Under the pieces are notes generated by a model that worked only from the letters and a program-made list of their open reading frames with translations, was not told where the DNA came from and ran no database searches. Below are positions 59,401 through 64,000 of a stretch of DNA of 64,000 nt, piece after piece. The DNA lies in the NCBI GenBank assembly GCA_965203445.1, contig OZ241883.1, positions 640,001 to 704,000 of the forward strand, given 5' to 3'. Position numbers and translations under genes: made by a program. Position 1 is the stretch's first letter, and every line of letters begins with the position of its first letter. Origin of the DNA: Candidatus Oxydemutator sp. (GTDB lineage Bacteria > Pseudomonadota > Gammaproteobacteria > Poriferisulfidales > Oxydemutatoraceae).

Positions 59401-62400
59401 TCCCGCCGGAACCGTTACCACCCACCAGACCGCCGGCACCGTCGGAACCCACCCCCACGGCTACGTCGGTGTAACCGGCAATGATCGTTCCTCTATTGTC
59501 GGCTACCAGACCGCCCACGCCCCAACCGCCGTACACCGTACCGCCCACCACGTAACTCGCCGCCACCTTGCCGCCGTAATTGGCACCCGCCAACGCGCCC
59601 GTCTGTACGCTGTTCCGATGCACGCCCACGTCCACGTTCGTCAAACCCACGTTGCGGATGACACCGTCGTCGCTCAACGCGCGGAACAAGCCCACAAAGT
59701 GCCAAATTTCATTCAGGGCACCCACTTTCATATTGCTGATAACGTGGCCGTTGCCCTCGAACACCGCGTTGTAACGGTGCTCCTCAGGCAGCACGTTGCC
59801 AGCGGCGACGGAGATGGACCTGCGCTCGCCGCCCCCTATCGGCTCCCAGTCCTCTCCTGACAGGTCTATATCGTTCGACAATTCGTAACCGGTGCACGTG
59901 CCCGGGCAGCTGCGCCTCTCATCGAAAAAGGGAAACGCCGCAAAATAATGGGCCTTGTCGTTGCCATCGTCGCTCACGCCCGCTGGCCCGACACCGCCCA
60001 GGTCATAGCGTATCGCCGCCAACTGCGACGTCGTCGCCACCTCTATCAAACCGTCGTCGTCGACGTCGTAGTCTCTTCCGGCCCCGTCGCTTAACTCGAT
60101 GATGGTCCTGACGGAAACCGAAACCGGCCCGCTTACACTCACGCTACGCGCGGGCGCCCCCGTGAGCCTCGCGCTCGTCAGCGTTACCACCAGTACCTCG
60201 CGCGACTCGGGCACGCCGTCAGCGCGCACTATCAACGAAAACGACGCGCTGACGGCGCCCGAGGCGATGACCACGCTGCCTGCGGTCGTGCCGACAAAAT
60301 CGGCGACGTCGACTTCGCCGCCCACCGCCCAACTCCAACTCATGGTCACCCCCATCGGCAAGGCCTCCGACAAGCGCACCACGTAACTCGCGACCTCGCC
60401 TTCCGACACCGTCGCGCTGCCGGCGAGCGTCGGCGCAAGAATTACCCGCGGCTGCGCCTCCTGCTGCGACGTGCGACGCATCGCCCTGGTCTCGGTAGCG
60501 CCGCCGAACACCAACACCGGATAATCAAACGCGCTGCCGAAATCCCACGGCGCGTCGTCGTTGTAGTCGCCGTCGCGTCCCTGATCCACGTCGTCCACGT
60601 TCAACTGGTCCCAACCCTCGTAGATGGTGCCCGCCGCCGCGGTCGGCGCGCGCAACTGAGAGAACGTCTTGGGCGCGTTGTCCGTAGTCGGTTTATTGTT
60701 GCCGCAACACGCGGACTGACCGCTGCGCCCTTTGTCAAAATAGCTTATCTGTATCGTACCGGAACTATGATCCCCGACCAGACCGCCGGATGCAGAACCT
60801 GACAGGCCGCTGCCGTTCCTTGTCAGCCTCGAAACCGCGTAGCTGGCGCTGACTATGCCGCCGTTCACAACGCCGCCTATCAACCCCCCCACGCTTTGCC
60901 CTGGAAACCACTGATGCACCGGCACGTCCGCATAACTGGCAATCACGACGCCCCCGTCCAATCTGCCTACCAGACCGCCCAAGGCCCATCCACCGCGCAC
61001 TACTGTGCCACCGTTCACCACGTAACACGCCGCCACCTTGCCCGCGTTGTACCCCGCCAACGCGCCCGCCCCTACGCTGCTGCCGGCCATGTTCGTATGC
61101 ACGTTGTTCAAGCCCAAGTTGCGGATGGTGCCGCCTGCACCCACGGCGCCAAAAAAGCCCACGCTATCGAAGCGGCCGGCTGCATTGTTTGGGCCGATTA
61201 TCGTTACATTGCTGATGACGTGGCCGTTGCCTTCAAAAACGGCCTGGTAACGCCGCTCCGGGGGAATATCCCAAGGGGCGCGCGTAATCCCCCCGCCTAT
61301 CGGCGTCCAGTTCGGTATGCCGGACAAGTCCAGGTCGTTCGACAGCTCGTAGCCGGTGCACGTGCTGGGACAGGTGCGCTCCGCGTCGAAAAAGGGAAAC
61401 GCCGCCAGATAAGCGGCCCTGTTGGCACTGCTCACGCCCGCTGACCCGACACCGCCCAGGTCGTAGCGAATCGCCGCCAACTGCGACGTCGTCGCCACCT
61501 CTATCAAGTTGTCGCCGTCGTCGTCGTAGTCTATCTCGTCGCTCGCCTCGACGGTGGTCCTGAGCGGAGCCGGCACGCCCAAACCCACGTGCGCAGGCGC
61601 CCCCGTGAGCCTCGCGCCCGTCAACGAGATCACCAGGACCTCGGACAACTCGGGGGCGTCGTCGTCTAACACTACCAACGAAAACGACGCGCTGACGGCG
61701 CCGGAACCGATGACCACGCTGCCGCCGCTCGGATCCACGAAGCCGCCGCGCACGGCCCAATCCCAACGCGCGCTCACCCCCGCCGGCAAGGCCTCCGGCA
61801 AACTCACCACGTAGCTCGCGCCCTCGCCTTCCGACACCGTCGCGCTGCCGGTGAGCGCCGCCGCAAGAATTATCCCCTGCGCCTCCAGCTGCAACGTGCG
61901 ACGCGCCTGCCTCGTCTCGGTAGCACCGCCGAACACCAGCACCGGGTAATCAAACACGCTGCCGAAATCCCACGGCGCGTCGTCGTTCAGATCATCGTCG
62001 CCACCCTGATCGACGTCGTCCACGTTCAACTGGTCCCAACCCTCGTAGATGGTGCCCGCCGCGGTGGTCGGGACGCGCAACTCGCTCGATGTCTTCGGGG
62101 TGTCGTCCGGACTCGGCGGATTCGTTCCGCAGCAACTGCTCTGGCCGCTGCGCTCGGTGTCAAAATAACTCGACTCCAGCGCGGCGCCGACTATCCTGTC
62201 CCCTATCAAGCCGCCGACCAAGCCGCTCCCCGTCGTTGCCCCGAGGGAGTAACTGGCGCTCACTACCGACGCGCCACCGCTTGCGCCCACCAGACCGCCC
62301 CCGGTATTCACGTCTACGTGCACCTCCACGTCGGCGTAACTCGCCACCACCACACCGTAATTACCCCCCACCAAACCGCCCACCGTCTCTTCGCCGGATA

Positions 62401-64000
62401 CGCGACCGCCAATCACGTAACTCGCCGCCACCTTGCCCTCGTTGCGGCCCACCAGCGCACCTACCTGATTGCCACCATCACTGCCCGGTACACCCGCGGC
62501 CAGCTCCACCCGCGCGTTGCGCAAGCCCACGTTGCGGATCACGCCGACGGCGCTCACGGCGCCGAACAAGCCCATGTGATACGACTCCCCGTCCCTGGTC
62601 ATCTGCAAATTGCTGATGACGTGGCCGTTGCCTTCAAAAACGGCGCTGTAATAATCCGCATCCCTCAGCCGGGAGTCAAAATCGCCGCCGCCGCCCAGCG
62701 GTGTCCAGTCCGGGATGCCGGACAAGTCCAGATCGCCCGACAACTCATAGCCGGTGCACGTGCTGGGACAGGTCTGCACCGCACCGAAAACGGGAAACGC
62801 CGCAAAATAAGCGGCCCTGTTGGCACTGCTCACGCCCGCCAGCCCGACACCGCCCAGGTCGTGGCCGATCGCCGCCAACTGCGACGTCGTCGCCACCTCT
62901 ATCAAACCGTCGTTGTCGTCGTCGTAGTCTATCTCGTCGCTCGCCTCGATCGTGGTCCTGACGGAAACCGGCACGCCCAGATCCACACCACGCGCGGGCG
63001 CCCCCGTGAGCCTCGCGCCCGTCAACGTTACCACCAGAACCTCGGAAAACTCGGGCACGTCGTCATCGAGCACCGTCACCGAAAACGACGCGCTGACGGC
63101 GCCGGAACCGATGACTACGACGCCGGTCGTGCCGACAAAGTCGGCAATGCTGACCTCGCCGCCGCCCACGACCCAATCCCAACGCACGGTTGCCTCCGCC
63201 GGCAAGACCTCCGGCAAACTCACCACGTAACTCGCCGCTTCGCCTTCCGACACGGTAACGCTGCCGGTGAGCGTCGCCGCAAGAATTACCTGCGGCTGCG
63301 CCTGCTGCTGCGACGTGCGGCGCATCGCCATAGTCTCGGTAGCGCCGCCGAACACCAGCACCGGATAATCAAACACGCTGCCGAAATCCCACGGCGCGTC
63401 GTCGTTCAGATCATCGTCGCCCCCCTGATCCACGTCGTCCACGTTCAACTGGTCCCAACCCGCGTAGATGGTGCCCGCGGTCGTCGTCGGGGTGCGCAAC
63501 TCGCTCGACGTCTTCGAGGTGTTGTCCGGACTCGGCACACTCCTTCCGCAGCATCTGCTCTGGCCGCTGCGCCCTACGTCAAAATAACTCGACTCCAGCG
63601 CGGCGCCGACTATCCTGTCCCCTATCAAGCCGCCGACCAAGTCGCTCCCCGTCGTTGCCCCGAGGGAGTAACTGGCGCTCACCACCGACGCGCCACCGCT
63701 TGCGCCCACCAGACCGCCCCCGGTATTCACGTCTACGTGCACCTCCACGTCGGCGTAACTCGCCACCACCACACCGTAATTACCCCCCACCAAACCGCCC
63801 ACCACCTCTACGCCGGATACGCGACCGCCAATCACGTAACTCGCCGCCACCTTGCCCTCGTTGCGGCCCACCAGCGCACCTACCTGATTGCCGCCATCAC
63901 CACCCGGTACAACCGCGGCCAGCTCCACCCGCGCGTTGCGCAAGCCCACGTTGCGGATCACGCCGCCGGCGCTCACCGCGCCGAACAAACCCATGTGATG
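47474..64000 (-). CDS. Giant modular surface protein/adhesin (gene A), 5'-truncated by the window, >5,506 aa; >=11 modules plus the same C-terminal domain
   Basis: The frame is open to the window edge (CAT CAC ATG), so the Met at 63994 is the internal xHMGLFG motif. Ten complete module markers lie near 62873, 61477, 60018, 58562, 57101, 55687, 54242, 52838, 51458 and 50069. Confidence 0.95.
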   Translation of the reverse strand, partial: HHMGLFGAVSAGGVIRNVGLRNARVELAAVVPGGDGGNQVGALVGRNEGKVAASYVIGGRVSGVEVVGGLVGGNYGVVVASYADVEVHVDVNTGGGLVGASGGASVVSASYSLGATTGSDLVGGLIGDRIVGAALESSYFDVGRSGQSRCCGRSVPSPDNTSKTSSELRTPTTTAGTIYAGWDQLNVDDVDQGGDDDLNDDAPWDFGSVFDYPVLVFGGATETMAMRRTSQQQAQPQVILAATLTGSVTVSEGEAASYVVSLPEVLPAEATVRWDWVVGGGEVSIADFVGTTGVVVIGSGAVSASFSVTVLDDDVPEFSEVLVVTLTGARLTGAPARGVDLGVPVSVRTTIEASDEIDYDDDNDGLIEVATTSQLAAIGHDLGGVGLAGVSSANRAAYFAAFPVFGAVQTCPSTCTGYELSGDLDLSGIPDWTPLGGGGDFDSRLRDADYYSAVFEGNGHVISNLQMTRDGESYHMGLFGAVSAVGVIRNVGLRNARVELAAGVPGSDGGNQVGALVGRNEGKVAASYVIGGRVSGEETVGGLVGGNYGVVVASYADVEVHVDVNTGGGLVGASGGASVVSASYSLGATTGSGLVGGLIGDRIVGAALESSYFDTERSGQSSCCGTNPPSPDDTPKTSSELRVPTTAAGTIYEGWDQLNVDDVDQGGDDDLNDDAPWDFGSVFDYPVLVFGGATETRQARRTLQLEAQGIILAAALTGSATVSEGEGASYVVSLPEALPAGVSARWDWAVRGGFVDPSGGSVVIGSGAVSASFSLVVLDDDAPELSEVLVISLTGARLTGAPAHVGLGVPAPLRTTVEASDEIDYDDDGDNLIEVATTSQLAAIRYDLGGVGSAGVSSANRAAYLAAFPFFDAERTCPSTCTGYELSNDLDLSGIPNWTPIGGGITRAPWDIPPERRYQAVFEGNGHVISNVTIIGPNNAAGRFDSVGFFGAVGAGGTIRNLGLNNVHTNMAGSSVGAGALAGYNAGKVAACYVVNGGTVVRGGWALGGLVGRLDGGVVIASYADVPVHQWFPGQSVGGLIGGVVNGGIVSASYAVSRLTRNGSGLSGSASGGLVGDHSSGTIQISYFDKGRSGQSACCGNNKPTTDNAPKTFSQLRAPTAAAGTIYEGWDQLNVDDVDQGRDGDYNDDAPWDFGSAFDYPVLVFGGATETRAMRRTSQQEAQPRVILAPTLAGSATVSEGEVASYVVRLSEALPMGVTMSWSWAVGGEVDVADFVGTTAGSVVIASGAVSASFSLIVRADGVPESREVLVVTLTSARLTGAPARSVSVSGPVSVSVRTIIELSDGAGRDYDVDDDGLIEVATTSQLAAIRYDLGGVGPAGVSDDGNDKAHYFAAFPFFDERRSCPGTCTGYELSNDIDLSGEDWEPIGGGERRSISVAAGNVLPEEHRYNAVFEGNGHVISNMKVGALNEIWHFVGLFRALSDDGVIRNVGLTNVDVGVHRNSVQTGALAGANYGGKVAASYVVGGTVYGGWGVGGLVADNRGTIIAGYTDVAVGVGSDGAGGLVGGNGSGGKITASYSLGVVGLAPAFWLLDLTRGGLVGYNTAASTAIESSYFAKGLSRRSACCGAGNVPTTDTAPRTSFQLRAPTAAAGTIYEGWDRLNVDDVDQGGDGDYNDDAPWDFGGVFDYPVLVFGGATETRAMRRTSQQQARPRVSLAATLAGSETVAEGGTASYVVRLPVVLPTGVTVSWSWTVGGDVSAADFVGTTAGSVVIASGAVSASFSLRVRDDAVPESFEVLVVTLSSARLVGAPARSVSLGVPVSVRTTIEASDGIGYDVDNDGLIEVATTSQLAAIRHDLGGAGLAGVGGDANRAAYLAAFPFFDVEQTCPGTCTGYELSADLDLSGVDWTPIGGATRRSRVGPGNSNTPPLDGRYQGGFEGNGHVIRNMRIRSPSQNWHYVGLFGALGEAGWVRGVGLRDVVVDVRGGFSGSIGAGALVGHSYGRVAASYVSGGSVSGGWEVGGLTGANGGTLIASYADVSVAATDRSLGGLVGSLSGSGVVSASYSVSRVVRSDNSRSVGGLVGGRSGSSVLSASYFDGVRSGEHRCCGERWPSPDDAPRTSNDLRIPTTATGTLYEGWDQLNVDRVDQGRDGDYNDDAPWDFGTEFDYPVLVFGGATGTRSARRASQIGVQQVVTLRGSATVAEGATAEYTVGVPIEVPRPVTVSWVVSAAAGSDGAAPGDFRADATATTALADFPTGTAIIMTGGSRTTFSVHVFDDQDAEYPERFQVSVNLVADVGAEVASRGTTPQVTTIEMSEGTDYDADDDTLIEVATTSQLAAIRYDLGGAGLAGVSGGANRSAYRAAFPFFDEMRTCLSTCTGYELSADLDLSSVNPAPGAGWTPLGGGGDSLLDNYYTAVFEGNGHVVSNLRVARGGRLSHAGLFGAVGAGGVIHNVGLRNARVSLGDHSTFIGALVGRNDGEVAASYVSGGRISGVWGVGGLIGGHYGRLVASYADVEVHAGGGTVGGLVGQAFVPSVVSASYSVGKPTGNTVGGLIGQRAVGAVVESSYFDTKRSLRAGCCGTNPGALNNVAPKTSGELRVPTTAAGTIYEGWDQLNVDRLDQGRDGDYNDDAPWDFGGVFDYPVLVFGGATETRAMRRTSQQEAQPRVILAPTLTGSATVPEGGTASYVVRLPEVLPAGVTVSWSWTVGGEVDIADFVGTTAGSVVIAAGAVSASFSVTVLDDDVPEPSEVLVVTLTGARLTGVPARDVDLGAPVSVRTVVELSDGVGRDYDVDDDTLIEVATTSQLAAIRYDLRGGGRISVGEADDLIEYDRAFPFFDERRTCPSTCTGYELSNDIDLSGEDWKPIGGGERRSIASGNVLPEEHRYNAVFEGNGHVISNMKVGALNEIWHFVGLFRALSDDGVIRNVGLTNVDVGVHRNSVQTGALAGANYGGKVAASYVVGGTVYGGWGVGGLVADNRGTIIAGYTDVIVGVGSDGAGGLVGGNGSGGKITASYSLGAVGLAPAFWLLDLTRGGLVGYNVAASTAIESSYFAKGRSGQSACCGAGNVPTTDTAPRTSLQLHAPTAAAGTIYEGWDKLNVDDVDQGRDGDYNDDAPWDFGGVFDYPVLVFGGATETRAMRRTSQQQAQGVTPTVTLVGSETVSEGGTASYVVSLPLVLPAGVRASWDWAAGGGTVGIADFVGTTAGSVVIASGASSASFSLRVRDDDVPEFSEFLVVSLSSARLTGAPERVSLGVPVSAVMTTIEVSDEIDYDVDDDALIEVATTSQLAAIRHDLGGAGIAGVSSANEAAYRAAFPLYDETRTCPGTCTGYELSADLDLSGIPDWTPLGGGVRFEDLPGDTYTAVFEGNGHVISNLRMTRRGKWYYLGLFGVVGADGVIRNVGLRNARLDLVVRGSGGGVFAGALVGRNDGRVAASYVSNGSVSGEQGVGGLIGDHHGRLVASYADAEVHADISNVGGLVGEVRAGSVVSASYSIGKPTGAVVGGLIGDRAAGAVVESSYFDAERSGRSRCCGTNPPSPDDASKASVELFFPTTAVGTIYEGWNKLHVDDVDQGGDDDLNDDSPWDFGSVFDYPVLVFAGATETRQARRASQLEAQPQATLAATLTGSETVSEGDTASYMVSLPVVLPAGVRASWDWAVGGGTVGIADFAGTTTGSVVIASGASSASFSVTVRDDDVPEFPEVLVVSLSSARLTGAPARVSLGVPFSVRTVVEVSDEIDYDGDDDGLIDVATTSQLAAIGHDLGGVGLAGVSSANRTAYYAAFPLFDERRTCPSTCTGYELSSDLDLSGLNWKPIGGEATTFAHRLRNPYSAVFEGNGHVISNLTMTRNDRQWYGMGLFGVVSDVGVIRNVGLRNARVSVGNNGTYIGALVGRNEGKVAASYVSGGSISGAFSVGGLIGANFGSLVASYADVEVHVDVNTGGGLVGASGGASVVRASYSIGATTGSDLVGGLIGDRIVGAALESSYFDGGRSGQSRCCGSNPPSPDDTSKTSSQLRVPTTAAGTIYAGWDRLNVDGVDQGGDGDYNDDAPWDFGSVFDYPVLVFGGATETRQARRALQLEAQPQASLAATLTGSVIVSEGEMARYVVRLPIVLPAGASARWDWAVRGGFVDPRGGTVVIGPGAVSASFSVTVLDDDVPEFSEVLVVSLTGARLTGTLKHVGLGVPAPVRTTVEASYEMDYDTDDDDLIEVATTSQLAAIRYDLGGAGIAGVSSANRAAYFAAFPLFGEVQTCPSTCTGYELSAGLNLSGLNWTPIGGAATTFGERLRNPYSAVFEGNGHVISNLTITRNDRQLYSMGLFGVVSNVGVIRNVGLRDVQVSVGNNSLYIGALVGRNEGKVAASYVSGGSVSGDQAVGGLVGSNSGQVVASYADVEVIAGINTGGGLIGAGNAGSVVSASYSIGEKTGIKIGGLIGARAGTAAIESSYFDGELSGQSSCCGTNPPSPDNTSKTSNELRVPTTAAGTIYEGWDKLNVDDVDQGGDGDFNDDAPWDFGSVFDYPVLVFGGATETMAMRRTSQQQAQGVILAAALAGSETVSEGGTASYEVSLPLVLPTGVRARWDWTVGGGEADIADFVAATGAVVIRSGASSASFSLVVLDDDVPEFSEVLVVTLTGARLTGAPAHVGLGVPAPLRTTVEASDEIDYDLDNDTLIDVATTSQLAAIGHDLGGAGIAGVSSANRAAYFAAFPFFGAVQTCPSTCTGYELSSDLDLSGLNWTPLGGDTDYSRMGLRLRDALRDADYYSAVFEGNGHVISNLTMTRDGASYHMGLFGAVSAGGVIRNVGLHNARVELAAGVPGGGGDGGNQVGALVGRNEGKVAASYVIGGRVSGEEVVGGLVGGNFGVMVASYADAEVYIESGLTGGGLVGGSVVGSVVSASYSVGATTGRIDPSDNVARGVPSGLIGSKAIAAVVESSYFDTGRSGQSRCCGTSVPSPDNTPKTSSELRAPTTAAGTIYEGWDKLNVDGLDRGDDGDLNDDAPWDFGSVFDYPVLVFGGATETQAARRTSQQEAQPEVDFTPTLAGSTVVAEGGTASYVVRLPGALPAGASARWSWAVGGEVDIADFIGTTAGSVVIAAGAASASFVLRVRADGVIEPPEVLAVTLSSARLTGAPADVRLGVPSTVARTTIAVNDPITVAARSATVSENTTATFTITLRGGGDRAVVVEYEITAASGGLTHEDLATVDIAGRGGADARSVGSLPFTGSVTLNEMGTATIAVRVASDRLENEGRERFRLRLTGCPNCVTHIAELGTPSFADVAIRRERSVVEVGARVVLQGALLPGSRRMRSDLVNLLPSRQPYDALPWEHPVTTTVPHAGAAAGLAGVTSTIVDWVLVELRTGQSTTAAASSRPPTGGRAAGLLLSDGRIAGINEAASSVADALSLDGVRFEAEPFEGEHLYVLIHHRNHLSVMSAVPAAATTGADCEADYCVDFRVGQSHGDGQIAVGAGVYAMVAGDVDRNGVIDERDEVLIRVYNLTSLGVGDYRAAAAAGHYAVDADVDFDGEVLSADRYFVIENKGRHRPFSVR

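Noticed and set aside
63992-63994. ATG called as the start of the 5,506 aa ORF
   Set aside because: It is an internal Met of the xHMGLFG motif. The frame is open to the window edge and there is no signal peptide.
5285-64000. Diversity-generating retroelement as the source of loop variation
   Set aside because: There is no reverse transcriptase or non-coding template repeat in the window, and the variation includes indels and is not visibly adenine-restricted. A trans-acting element elsewhere cannot be excluded.
6480-64000. CRISPR-like pattern of constant repeats with variable spacers
   Set aside because: The units are ~1.4 kb in-frame protein modules and no cas genes are present.

Overview
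The window is GC-rich (about two-thirds G+C by eye) and is almost entirely a head-to-tail array of four giant, paralogous, probably secreted or surface proteins on the minus strand. In transcription order: gene A (47474->64000, 5'-truncated, >5,506 aa), gene B (36908-47470, 3,520 aa), gene C (5285-36904, 10,539 aa) and gene D (<1-4972/5116, 3'-truncated, >=1,657 aa, absent from the ORF track). A, B and C are built from a ~465-480 aa module: an Asp-rich Ca-binding-like cap, a Cys-containing GLUG-type beta-helix and a Calx-beta-like domain. There are >=11, 6 and 21 copies respectively. All three end in the same ~260 aa HRNH/dockerin-like C-terminal domain. The module scaffold is conserved, but the loops are hypervariable and are shuffled as cassettes within and between genes. 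D shares the signal peptide of B and C but expands PKD-like repeats instead. It has its own extended -10 promoter and a G25 tract starting at the likely start codon (G8 in B and C), a candidate phase-variation switch. No RNA genes, mobile elements, CRISPR arrays, reverse transcriptase or secretion machinery were seen. Domain names come from recognising motifs, not from database searches.
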